IMG/VR virus record: IMGVR_UViG_3300037484_000435
Span: 320,001 to 384,000 of that record
DNA length: 64,000 nt
Source of the DNA: a virus
Taxonomy: Duplodnaviria; Caudoviricetes
Reading direction: 5' to 3' (one strand)
The notes under the pieces were generated by a model. The model made no database searches. It saw only the letters and a program-made list of their open reading frames with translations, and had not been told where the DNA came from. The first letter of the stretch is position 1, and the number at the start of each line of letters is the position of its first letter. The position numbers and the translations under genes are program-made. Below, in pieces: positions 38,101 through 46,385 of this stretch.

Positions 38101-38570
38101 TAATTCGTAGACCCCCTAACTTCTATAAAATTTCCTGTAGAGTAGGGTTGGCCTACACAAGGCAATCCCACCTTCCCACCACCCTTATTCACAGCGGCCC
38201 CGCCAGAAGTCAACGTGTAGGTCATACCTTCAAAATGTCCGTATTGTTCATTATCTTGTGCCCAACGATAAATACTTCCTTTTTTATCTGTGCGATGGAT
38301 ATCAGTAGGCTCAGTAAAGGTCAATACCGTATTATCGGACGTATTGGCAATAACGGTTTCGTAGTAACCTAAAGTATTATACCTAGCAACAGACTCAGAG
38401 TCTATTCCTTTAGAGCTAGAGAAATTATTCGTATATAAGTCGTAACCTTTAACAATAGGCTCCCCGCCCTGCCACGCTAGCATGATCATGGAATTTAGGT
38501 CTCTATCGTTAGATATACCTGTTTCCCCTTTATCTCCTGCTTGTGCTGTTACAAATTTAATTATTGCCAT
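35133..38570 (-). CDS. Double Kelch-propeller virion protein
   Basis: About 12 Kelch blades (FGG...ELW.Y...W). N- and C-terminal domains are homologous to the 32598 protein. Confidence 0.75.
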   Translation of the reverse strand: MAIIKFVTAQAGDKGETGISNDRDLNSMIMLAWQGGEPIVKGYDLYTNNFSSSKGIDSESVARYNTLGYYETVIANTSDNTVLTFTEPTDIHRTDKKGSIYRWAQDNEQYGHFEGMTYTLTSGGAAVNKGGGKVGLPCVGQPYSTGNFIEVRGSTNYNNSFTVDATSSVDEIVITSAYSAETFGNSTTVNQRITLGAGNDNTDIQLGLLVDFYGDTRTIMAITGSGYRFAEVKLDLYKQTYPIKGIYDIIVTDNKVVPGAYLTSTTSGWSRIQNDGPNMRYNTAMSYDTVEKNVWMFGGYGQQSVNAINELWKYSTVSGQWTRANVVGSSPTARYGHSMILDPVNRHLIVWGGYIAAVTNEMWKYSLVSGTWTQQTYAGGPTARRYHTATYMTNSGTMLIFGGNTGSRVSELWEYTIGTNAWRQMSLSSGPTARDEHVAIYQTASGAMIIQGGNTGSEVAETWKLDYTSNPNRWVQLTSSSYTMRDHSCFYDSVNDYLYCIAGYRQGAAKALEVWNYNFKTSWTAITPDTAYATPGYTTYFFGYTTDTDNNVFYVFGGQGSQYRNSLWSYSPSTNVLLDRYPDMRYDGAMVFVKPRNKVFLGYGQNNSNHPYNDFWQIDCATNNISRVNTSSSPVGVTRRRGLSMVYSPVVDAVFLFSGEGVNTNDLMKYDFATNNWYTVYPTGALPVYRYQYGSAYDTDNDRWYIFGGTGAATYSEFWYYDVKSNSWVKIAAIGTLPSARRSASMAYDPINRCIWLFGGFDGSTTYYNTLYKYVIESNTWIQMQYTGASPAVRCGVALGYDYKTHSLLLFGGYSATRYNDFYRYDIVANTMYTVSADLYTPQAKSDLMYAWNDLTGDLYIYGGNTVALPNHSQDITVYNLWDLMAPSGIVVTTTSGNQLNTKAWDSILNITPSVDVRGSSNIYHALSFDNRQSFVVASGTSWLPIVRTNSGNWEFLNSNSTWQSATTNNEISALQWAMTASGNRMTSSVLSDVTTSGYTGTGGFSTGTKTLDFAIGFDCVYNYVPEMISYSIDYTAPTSDIILITEMWEASANDPTSALVLLDIVAYSPLTMDSDIKVWISTDNGANYTQITGLTLLRNEEDHTFIKGIDTSLTVRSDNRIKCKITTHNSKRVEIHALGVAVRY

Positions 38571-38579
38571 ATTAACCTC

Positions 38580-40433
38580 TTACGTAAACTGTAAAACAGT
38601 AATTATCCCATGTTCTACTTCAATATATAGGGTCCCGTTAGTTCCTACAACTGTAGCGTTACCTGTGGTCCCTGTAACAGTAGTGTTTAGCCACCCTAGC
38701 TCTGGTTGCCACCAAATACCTGATGTTGTTATAGCACGCCCCAGTGGTTTAGTATAAATCCCTGAAGGGGTATTTTGTGAAAAGCTACCATCTACATCAT
38801 CCAGATAGATAGGTTTTCCTGCTACCCAACTCCACCCATCATAAGTTACTGCACCCCACAGTGTGATTTCACCTACAGCATCAGAATCTATTCCTCCTAC
38901 TTCAGTGACCAGCCCGCACGCATCTGCTTTTGCTTCGACGTCGGAGTTAGCTAGTTTATATTTTCCTAAGTCTGTGTAGTCTTGATAAACTACTTTGAAC
39001 CTTGAAAGAGTAGCCCCGCCCGTGCCCTGCGTAGTATAGTTGTCACGCATGGGGCCTGCTACACCTTGTAAACCTATCAGTCCTGATCCTGTCGGGCCTA
39101 GTGGACCTGGTACAGGAACATTAACAACTGTAGTAGCTCCCGCTATAGTGCCTACTTGCCAACCCAACTCAGGCTGAAACCAAACGGTAGCTGATTCTAG
39201 AGCCTGTCCCAGCGGTTTAACATAATACCCTGAAGTTGTTGGGGCTGTTTGCGTTATGGCACCTTTAGTAGTATCAACATAAATAGTTAATCCCTCGGAC
39301 CAATTCCAGCCCACATTAGTTACCTGCCCCTCAAGTGTAATCTCACCTAGGGCATCCATCGTAATACTTGTGGCAGTAACTATACCAATTGCATCTGCTT
39401 CATAGGGTGTACCGCTTTGGGTTGTTTTATAGTATTTTCCATCCGTTGGGTTTTCATATACAATATCATATTTAACAAGTAGTTCCCCTGCTGTTCCACT
39501 AATAGTTGCAGAAGTGGCTGCAGAGGATGGGCCACTTGGTATTGAAGAAATTTGTTCATCTACATAATCAATAATATCTCCGCTTGTAGTAGTCAGCATC
39601 GCCAAGGTAACCTCTCCGCCCGGCCCCCCGCTAATCTGTGCTACTATATCTCCGCTAACTGTCGTCATCTCACTATTACTAATAAAATTATCATTAACCC
39701 ACGACTCGGATGCTCCAGTAACCTCTCCAAACTGTGCAACTATGTCACCAGAAGTTGTTGTCAATTGCTCTAGAGTAACCCCGCCCGCATCCATTTGAGA
39801 TACCAAATCACCACTAATCGTTGTCATTTCATTAGTATCAATGAAAGTGGTATTGGCCCAAGACTGGGTTGCGTAACCTACCAAAGAAGGAATCTGTGAA
39901 ACTATATCTCCGCTGGTCGTAGTCAGTTGTTCTAGAGAAATACCCGCCTCGGCAATCTGAGAAACAATGTCCCCGCTTACCGTAGTAAGAAATGGTAATG
40001 TAATGTAGCTCTGATTATTAACCCAAACCTGCGTCGCGTAACCAGATAGGGACGGAATCTGTGAAACTATATCCCCCGATGTTGTTGTTAATAGAAGTAA
40101 AGATACCCCACCACCTATTTGTGAAACAATATCTCCACTGGTAGTTGTTAACTCCGAATTATCTATAAAATTTGTATTGGTCCAAATCTGTGTAGCATAC
40201 CCAGAAAGAGAAGGAATCTGATCCACTATATCACCACTTGTGGTTGTCAAAACCGCCAGAGTAATTCCACCAACACCGATCTGAGAAACAATATCACCAC
40301 TAACAGTTGTCAATACCGAATCAGATATTAAACCCAATCCACTAATATACCAAGTATTACCATCTAGGGTGGTGATTACTCCGTTGGTACCAGAAAGATT
40401 CTGGGGAACATGTGGATAGGTAATTATCTGCAT
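38580..40433 (-). CDS. Repeat-rich fibre/decoration protein
   Basis: Ten TT[TVI]SGD repeats with YATQ.W spacers, then two copies of a cement-like domain (ADA.G.V...GEITL.G.V...W.W..G..IY.D...KPLG.A...W.QPE). Confidence 0.65.
   Translation of the reverse strand: MQIITYPHVPQNLSGTNGVITTLDGNTWYISGLGLISDSVLTTVSGDIVSQIGVGGITLAVLTTTSGDIVDQIPSLSGYATQIWTNTNFIDNSELTTTSGDIVSQIGGGVSLLLLTTTSGDIVSQIPSLSGYATQVWVNNQSYITLPFLTTVSGDIVSQIAEAGISLEQLTTTSGDIVSQIPSLVGYATQSWANTTFIDTNEMTTISGDLVSQMDAGGVTLEQLTTTSGDIVAQFGEVTGASESWVNDNFISNSEMTTVSGDIVAQISGGPGGEVTLAMLTTTSGDIIDYVDEQISSIPSGPSSAATSATISGTAGELLVKYDIVYENPTDGKYYKTTQSGTPYEADAIGIVTATSITMDALGEITLEGQVTNVGWNWSEGLTIYVDTTKGAITQTAPTTSGYYVKPLGQALESATVWFQPELGWQVGTIAGATTVVNVPVPGPLGPTGSGLIGLQGVAGPMRDNYTTQGTGGATLSRFKVVYQDYTDLGKYKLANSDVEAKADACGLVTEVGGIDSDAVGEITLWGAVTYDGWSWVAGKPIYLDDVDGSFSQNTPSGIYTKPLGRAITTSGIWWQPELGWLNTTVTGTTGNATVVGTNGTLYIEVEHGIITVLQFT
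39561..40313 (-). repeat. Ten in-frame [LM]TT[TVI]SGD[IL]-type repeats with alternating short and long spacers
   Basis: aa 41-291 of the 617-aa ORF; spacers alternate between 8-12 aa and 20-22 aa. Confidence 0.9.
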
Positions 40434-40436
40434 ATG

Positions 40437-40760
40437 CTATCTGCCCTGCCCCAACTCCATGGTGATATCATAATCCGAGCTCACCCACCCGATAAGAGTT
40501 CCCGAGACAGATACAAATCTTGACTGTAGGGCTGCACCATTTCTTAAAGTCAAGTAAGCATTCGTTCCAGACTCAGTAGCAAAGAACCAAGTCTGAACTT
40601 CACGTGATTGTAATATGATATTCTTTGTATCACAATTAGTCGATATCTCCGTCCAGCCCCCACTCACTACAGTAAAAATCTGTATGTAGGGAATGGAAGA
40701 TATACCATCTACTATTGGTGTGTTTTCTATGTCTTTTGGTAATACATTTATTATGCTCAT
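40437..40760 (-). CDS. Hypothetical virion protein
   Basis: 107-aa beta-rich ORF in operon. Confidence 0.5.
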   Translation of the reverse strand: MSIINVLPKDIENTPIVDGISSIPYIQIFTVVSGGWTEISTNCDTKNIILQSREVQTWFFATESGTNAYLTLRNGAALQSRFVSVSGTLIGWVSSDYDITMELGQGR

Positions 40761-41350
40761 TCATCAAATTCCTGTTCTTCAAAAATTGGAGAGGGCATTA
40801 ACAACATAGGACTTATCCTAGCGGGGTGCCACTCTGACAGGGGAAATAGGTTAGAATATTCGGGGATTTTGTTGAGGGAGGAGGCTGAGACTTCGCTACA
40901 CATAAAAGCATTAGGATTATCTAGGAGGGGAGGATTCTTCTTGTCTATCTCTCTACGCAAAATTTTGATAACAAACCATTGGTATAAGAAATTAATAAAT
41001 AAGCCCCAATCATAAGGCCTGCCCACCAGACTAAAAGCATGGTCCGTCATAGTTTTGGTATAATCTGGATTAAGGTGAATAGGTTTTCTAAAAAAGACGT
41101 GAATATGGGGATTGTTAAAATACTTCTCAGGATCGGACATTATCACGCCTTCAGCTTCTGCTTCTATTATAGTGTGCCCGTCTACGGTGTAGAATGAGTG
41201 GGAAACGTTTATAGTAGAAAGTTCTTCTCTAGTAAAGATACAAATTCCCTGTGAAATCAGGTTGTTATCACGAAAACTGAAACCCACCATTCCAGCACCA
41301 TAATTTCCTACTCCGTCTCTGCCTATAAACTTTGGCTTTTCTACTCTCAT
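40757..41350 (-). CDS. Permuted papain-like NlpC/P60 (YiiX/YebB-type) protein
   Basis: His first (VSHSF), IEAEAEGV, AFSLVGRPYDW, then Cys (NAFMCSE). Confidence 0.72.
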   Translation of the reverse strand: MRVEKPKFIGRDGVGNYGAGMVGFSFRDNNLISQGICIFTREELSTINVSHSFYTVDGHTIIEAEAEGVIMSDPEKYFNNPHIHVFFRKPIHLNPDYTKTMTDHAFSLVGRPYDWGLFINFLYQWFVIKILRREIDKKNPPLLDNPNAFMCSEVSASSLNKIPEYSNLFPLSEWHPARISPMLLMPSPIFEEQEFDE

Positions 41351-41352
41351 GG

Positions 41353-42060
41353 TTAAACCTTGTGGGCATCTATAGTTTTGTTTGCTATATAATCATATAG
41401 GTAAAACCCGTCTTTTTTAGCAATCAACAGTGTGCTATGTTGCATCGAATCCCCAATATTAAAATAAATCAGGTTATTAAGTTTTTTGATATAGGGAAAA
41501 AGGTGGGTATGCCCTGTAATTACATAGTCGAATTTTCCGTCAAATACATCTGCTATCTTTTGCTCATAATCCGCTATCACTTTATCGTATGGGTCATCCT
41601 TAATTCTTTCAGACAGACTCACTAGAGATTTTCTAGTATCTATTTTGGCCCACGCGTCAAATTTATTTATAAACCAAGCCATATAGTGAGAGAATCTTGT
41701 TTTTAGATAAGGATTATCATCCAAAACATTACCATGTAGACAAACCGCTATTTTATCACCAACTGGGAACCTAAGGGACTTATGAATAAATGGAAGTGTG
41801 TCTCTCAAAAAAAATAAAGAAGCATCATGATTACCAACCAAAATATGTAAATTGTCATGACCAAACCTAGAGACGACATAATCAATTAGAGGTTTTCCTA
41901 ATTCGAGACAGTTGTCTAGACCTGACACCCAGAAATCAAATGTATCACCAACAAGAACAAGTTTATCTATGTTCTCAGTTTTCTCTAAATAGGCTAAGAA
42001 ATCAAGGTATTTACTTTTCCCATCTCCGATGTGCAAATCTGATACGAGTAACGTGGCCAT
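41353..42060 (-). CDS. Calcineurin-like metallophosphoesterase (LpxH-like)
   Basis: SDLH, GDTFD, GNHD, LHG, GHTH motifs. Confidence 0.82.
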   Translation of the reverse strand: MATLLVSDLHIGDGKSKYLDFLAYLEKTENIDKLVLVGDTFDFWVSGLDNCLELGKPLIDYVVSRFGHDNLHILVGNHDASLFFLRDTLPFIHKSLRFPVGDKIAVCLHGNVLDDNPYLKTRFSHYMAWFINKFDAWAKIDTRKSLVSLSERIKDDPYDKVIADYEQKIADVFDGKFDYVITGHTHLFPYIKKLNNLIYFNIGDSMQHSTLLIAKKDGFYLYDYIANKTIDAHKV

Positions 42061-42061
42061 T

Positions 42062-43102
42062 TTAGGATAACCTCTCAAAAACTTTATTCCATTTTCTCAT
42101 CAAAAATGGAACCTTACATTGTGACAAATCCTTAAGTGCTAGATCAGCCCTTGCCCCACCAAACTGGTAAGTATACGCGTCGTACCCATTACAGTGTCTC
42201 CTAAAATAAGGAGATGCTGGTTTATAATTAGTTGGTGGTGGATACCACAAATCAAATTTTCTTTTTATTGGAGATAAAATCTCTTGATTTCCGAGTAATA
42301 TCAAATCCAAGGATTTAGTTGTCTTGCCATTTTTATTTAACTTGGACCTATGGATAATAGAACCATCCCCGTCAATGAATCCGACGATAAAACATTTGAG
42401 TAAATAATCACTGGGAATATTTGGTAAAGGCATAAACAAGCTCTTACCTCGTGTAACATTAAAATTCTTATCTAGGTCAGATATCCACTGAGATACTCCC
42501 ATTATTTCAAGACAGCAGTACCTCTTTCCTTTAGCTTCCCCACCGTTATCTCCACACCTAATATTTCCTGTATAATCCACATCAGACTTGAACGCCTCTA
42601 GATGAACTAAGTCCTGCTCCTGCAGATTTATCTTAACTCTATTCCTAGCAGCCCAAATAAAACCATCGGCGGCAAGAAATCCAGCCCAATAACAAGAATT
42701 AGGTGTATATGTAGAAAAGTAATTTTGGTTAACAGAATATATCCTCCTGTGTGTTACACCTAGTTTCCCCGCAACAGTACGTAACGAATTGCAAGTATGA
42801 TTAGGAAATAATTTCTGTAACTCTTCCTTGCTAGTCCTATCATATACCTCTACCAGTAATTGTTTCTCCGATTCAGTATAAATGTTTCTATCATGGGTAT
42901 TAAAACTTAGTTTATTGTGGTGTGCCATATCCTTAATAGAATTCCACGGTCTATATGACAACAATTCCTTTAGCTCAGAAAAACGTCCTTGAGGATATAA
43001 CTCCCCAATCAATTTCTTCTCTTCTTCCGTAAACCTATTATTAACTCTTTTTTTCTCCACGCTGATGCCTCCCATTAAGTCATCTGAGTCTGTCGATCCC
43101 AA
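42062..43102 (-). CDS. LAGLIDADG homing endonuclease with two Myb-like repeats
   Basis: FTEEEK and YTESEK repeats; CYWAGFLAADG and FIVGFIDGDG. The start is uncertain. Confidence 0.83.
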   Translation of the reverse strand: MGSTDSDDLMGGISVEKKRVNNRFTEEEKKLIGELYPQGRFSELKELLSYRPWNSIKDMAHHNKLSFNTHDRNIYTESEKQLLVEVYDRTSKEELQKLFPNHTCNSLRTVAGKLGVTHRRIYSVNQNYFSTYTPNSCYWAGFLAADGFIWAARNRVKINLQEQDLVHLEAFKSDVDYTGNIRCGDNGGEAKGKRYCCLEIMGVSQWISDLDKNFNVTRGKSLFMPLPNIPSDYLLKCFIVGFIDGDGSIIHRSKLNKNGKTTKSLDLILLGNQEILSPIKRKFDLWYPPPTNYKPASPYFRRHCNGYDAYTYQFGGARADLALKDLSQCKVPFLMRKWNKVFERLS

Positions 43103-43106
43103 AACT

Positions 43107-43199
43107 CTATTTTGTCTCCTTATCTAACACTTCTATAATCGTGAGGATAATCCTCCCAATCGCTAGCCCCAGCTCTATTCCAAATAATAGTTGTTGCAT
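43107..43199 (-). CDS. Small hydrophobic peptide (30 aa)
   Basis: MQQLLFGIELGLAIGRIILTIIEVLDKETK, preceded by GGAGG; below the ORF-track cutoff. Confidence 0.5.
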   Translation of the reverse strand: MQQLLFGIELGLAIGRIILTIIEVLDKETK

Positions 43200-43275
43200 A
43201 TTAACCTCCTACAATCAACTGGTAACCATTTCCTAACAATTACCTGTTTTTTTATATGAGGTTACGGCCCACTCC

Positions 43276-43755
43276 TTAAAATGTGTAAGTATAAACATCA
43301 ACGCTGTTTCCGTCACTTAATTCTGATACTAAGGGAAATATTTTCCAAGCACCAGTGCTCATAACTTCCCAACTTAAACAGATTGATAAGTATTTTCCAC
43401 TCTTTTGCACTGGAACCTTAACATTGGATATCTTGGGTGGTAAATACCCAATAACCACACCATCATTATCACAAAGAAGAGGTGTAACTAAACAAGCACC
43501 ATTATTCTGCGTATGAGTCACATAACAAACCAAATGAGAGTTGTCCCCCACTACCACAGAGCCAGATACCGAAGTAACGTCCATAGAGTCGTTGGTAGAA
43601 ACAGATAAACGAGAGAGACCACCTGCAATTTTTCCTGTGGTAATGCCTACGACCTGTATCTGTCTAGTGTGGCCCCCAACAATTTCAGATCCCTCGAAAG
43701 TAGCCACCCATGTATCTGGATTCCTTGTGCTAATGCCAGTTGCTTGTTCAGCCAT
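43276..43755 (-). CDS. Hypothetical virion protein
   Basis: ATG at 43755 (MAEQATG) overlaps the stop of the upstream LAGLIDADG gene. Confidence 0.55.
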   Translation of the reverse strand: MAEQATGISTRNPDTWVATFEGSEIVGGHTRQIQVVGITTGKIAGGLSRLSVSTNDSMDVTSVSGSVVVGDNSHLVCYVTHTQNNGACLVTPLLCDNDGVVIGYLPPKISNVKVPVQKSGKYLSICLSWEVMSTGAWKIFPLVSELSDGNSVDVYTYTF

Positions 43756-44620
43756 TTCTAAATTTTCGCTCCAAAATCGGAAAGATTTTTTCGGGATTCC
43801 ATTTTCTGTCAAGTTTAGGAATATGAGGAATATTATATAGTATTTGTATAATCTTCTGTGCCTTCCGTCCAGTTAAAGTATAAATACTTGCTTTACTTTT
43901 TCCTGCTTGACCAACTTTGTTATCAATCCCCACATTGCCGATTTGGTTAAAGATGTCTCTGATCCAGATCAGCATATTATAGGTTCCTACTATAGAAAGA
44001 AAAGGACTCTGTGTTTTTCCATAAAGCCCTAGAGATCCGTCCCCGTCTATATACCCAATGATAAAGGGAAGAGAGTTTGATAAACTCAATTCAGGAGGCT
44101 CCAAGATGTTTGTCTTTCGAGGAATAACATTAAAACTATTTTTAAGATCACCTAACAACCTAGGCACGCCTGAAATACAGAGAGTAGCAGATTCATCTGT
44201 CTTACAATAACGAATAACACCAGAATAACTTAATTTCTCCTTTATCATTAGTAAATGGCCCTCGTCACGACGATTAAGGTGGATGGACACTGCTTTTTTC
44301 TTTTCATAGATATACCCATCGGCAGCAATAAAGCCAGCTATGTAAGAATTTAAAGTGTTAGGTTTACTAAAAAATTCTGAGTTTACCTTGTACTTAGGAT
44401 GACTCTTACTGCTCCTATTTAGATTAACGTTGTTTTTTTTACTTAATCCTAAAAATAAGGCACGATCTCTAATTGACCAAGCTGATCTTCTAGGAAGAAA
44501 GTAAATCATATCCTTGTACATAAGTCCATTTTCAAACTCTCGAATAATAGTTTGGTCCTCCTCGTCTGTCCAATAATTCGGCAATTTCTTCGTGGGCACT
44601 CCTAGATGTTTTTCTGACAT
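43748..44620 (-). CDS. LAGLIDADG homing endonuclease with one Myb-like repeat
   Basis: WTDEED; SYIAGFIAADG and FIIGYIDGDG. Confidence 0.85.
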   Translation of the reverse strand: MSEKHLGVPTKKLPNYWTDEEDQTIIREFENGLMYKDMIYFLPRRSAWSIRDRALFLGLSKKNNVNLNRSSKSHPKYKVNSEFFSKPNTLNSYIAGFIAADGYIYEKKKAVSIHLNRRDEGHLLMIKEKLSYSGVIRYCKTDESATLCISGVPRLLGDLKNSFNVIPRKTNILEPPELSLSNSLPFIIGYIDGDGSLGLYGKTQSPFLSIVGTYNMLIWIRDIFNQIGNVGIDNKVGQAGKSKASIYTLTGRKAQKIIQILYNIPHIPKLDRKWNPEKIFPILERKFRNG

Positions 44621-44635
44621 ATCTTATCTCTATGG

Positions 44636-44965
44636 TTACCTCCAACCTAGAGCGAACACCCCAAAAGTTGCAGAACCAGACGCAGTTACGTAAATATCTG
44701 TAACAGCAAAGCTCTCCACAATACGCCCGGTATTAGCGGCTATATTAATCAAGTCATTTGTGTTGCTATTAAGTTTTATACCTATAGCAGTACCCCCGTT
44801 TGTTATGGTCAACTTTACTGGAGCTGTCACTGTGTCGAAGAATGTGGTATAGGTCTTCAGGCTATAGTCTGTCCCCCCAGAAACGGTAATATCTTGGTAA
44901 GCGTAACCAGTATAAGGTTTTGGATCACTTGACTTTCTTCCGCTGTAATTGAAATCATCAGACAT
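44636..44965 (-). CDS. Hypothetical virion protein
   Basis: 109-aa beta-rich ORF with a GGAGG RBS. Confidence 0.55.
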   Translation of the reverse strand: MSDDFNYSGRKSSDPKPYTGYAYQDITVSGGTDYSLKTYTTFFDTVTAPVKLTITNGGTAIGIKLNSNTNDLINIAANTGRIVESFAVTDIYVTASGSATFGVFALGWR

Positions 44966-44978
44966 AGTTTAGTCCTCC

Positions 44979-46385
44979 TTATTTTTCGCTCTTAGAAGAA
45001 GGTTTTTTCCGAGCCAGATCACGCTCTAAATGGAAGGCTTCTAGGGCATATTCCAAAGATTCGATCTTTCTAGTTAACCACTCCAAATGTTTTCTTTTAG
45101 CAGTTTCGTCATCCAGTTCACCGGGGTCTTCCATACTCTCATTCACAACAATTTCTTCTTCATCGGTTATGCTGTTACGAGAATCAAATTTCCAAACACC
45201 GTGGTCATCTTGGAACCAACGCCTACAACTTTTATCCTTTCTATCGCCCGCCGCCTCACAGGTAGCGTTCGCAAATAGACAAGAAATTTCTTCTTGGTAA
45301 CGGTACTGCAAGCACTGGGCCGAATGAGAAGTGATATCGTTTGGTGTCTTCGGAGGACTACTTGGGGCAGGAACCATAGTAGGAGGGGCGTCACGTATAG
45401 TGTCGATCTGCTCGGCAACTTCCACATTTGTATTCTCCACTACTGGGGTTATCGCTGCCTCTTCTACTTGAGGTTCTGTAATTGTAACTTCGGGTTGAGC
45501 TGTTTCCTCCGGTTTAATTTCTTCTGTTACTTGATGGACCATAACTGTCCCTCCATGTTCACGAATTGATTTCATATATGAGTCTACTTTACGTAAATCA
45601 AGAGTTGGTATTAAAGTTTGGGAAGATGCCGCCATTTTTAGATCCTCACAATCGCAGCTTGTACTTTGAATTGTACAGCTAGGACAAGCAGGCTGAATCA
45701 CAAGACCTACACCTCCCCAAGTAATATTATGTAAATACTTATAAATCTTCATTTGTTTTTGAGTTGCATCAGCAAAGATCACATTAAGTGTGTGGGCTCG
45801 ATTAAACTCTTCTTCGGACTTAAATTCACCCATCAATTGCTCTATAAACTCCCCCAACCCAAAAGCCTCGGCCTCGTCTAAACTTAGCATTGTGCCATTT
45901 TCTAGCAAAATTGAAAAACTTTCTAGATAACACTCCATACTTAGAGCGTAGGCTTTTCTTTCAATAGGGCTCTGTAGTGCAGGAAATCTATCAATATAAA
46001 CTAACCCTCCAATTACTACATCAATCGCCTGCTTAGCAAGATCTGCTTGGGAAGATTGGGCATACTGTGCAACATCAATCATACTATTATCAGATCTATT
46101 GACGTAAACTCCAGAATAAATATGACCTACAACTTTATCTATTTCATGCTCAATATCAACAGCTTTATAGAGTAAAGATGGGTAAGCTTTAATAAGCTCG
46201 TCATTGGCAAAGAAAGCTCTATTAAGATTAGGCCCGCTTTCACACATTTTACCAGCAAAAACAACTAGATCCTCTGTAACTACATCAGGAAACGCAATAT
46301 GCTTGTACAGATCAGGAATAGCCTTTCTGTTGATAGAAAAGTCAATGGGATATCCTGCTGTGGCCTTCAATTTATACTTATACAT
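44979..46385 (-). CDS. Prohead (maturation) protease-like protein with C-terminal extension
   Basis: GPNLNRAFF...KAVDIEHEIDKVVGHI and ALSMECY motifs; follows the portal gene. Confidence 0.68.
   Translation of the reverse strand: MYKYKLKATAGYPIDFSINRKAIPDLYKHIAFPDVVTEDLVVFAGKMCESGPNLNRAFFANDELIKAYPSLLYKAVDIEHEIDKVVGHIYSGVYVNRSDNSMIDVAQYAQSSQADLAKQAIDVVIGGLVYIDRFPALQSPIERKAYALSMECYLESFSILLENGTMLSLDEAEAFGLGEFIEQLMGEFKSEEEFNRAHTLNVIFADATQKQMKIYKYLHNITWGGVGLVIQPACPSCTIQSTSCDCEDLKMAASSQTLIPTLDLRKVDSYMKSIREHGGTVMVHQVTEEIKPEETAQPEVTITEPQVEEAAITPVVENTNVEVAEQIDTIRDAPPTMVPAPSSPPKTPNDITSHSAQCLQYRYQEEISCLFANATCEAAGDRKDKSCRRWFQDDHGVWKFDSRNSITDEEEIVVNESMEDPGELDDETAKRKHLEWLTRKIESLEYALEAFHLERDLARKKPSSKSEK

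Noticed and set aside
39561-40313. CRISPR-like array
   Set aside because: The repeats are degenerate, in-frame protein repeats. No CRISPR array, cas gene or tRNA gene was recognised anywhere in the window.
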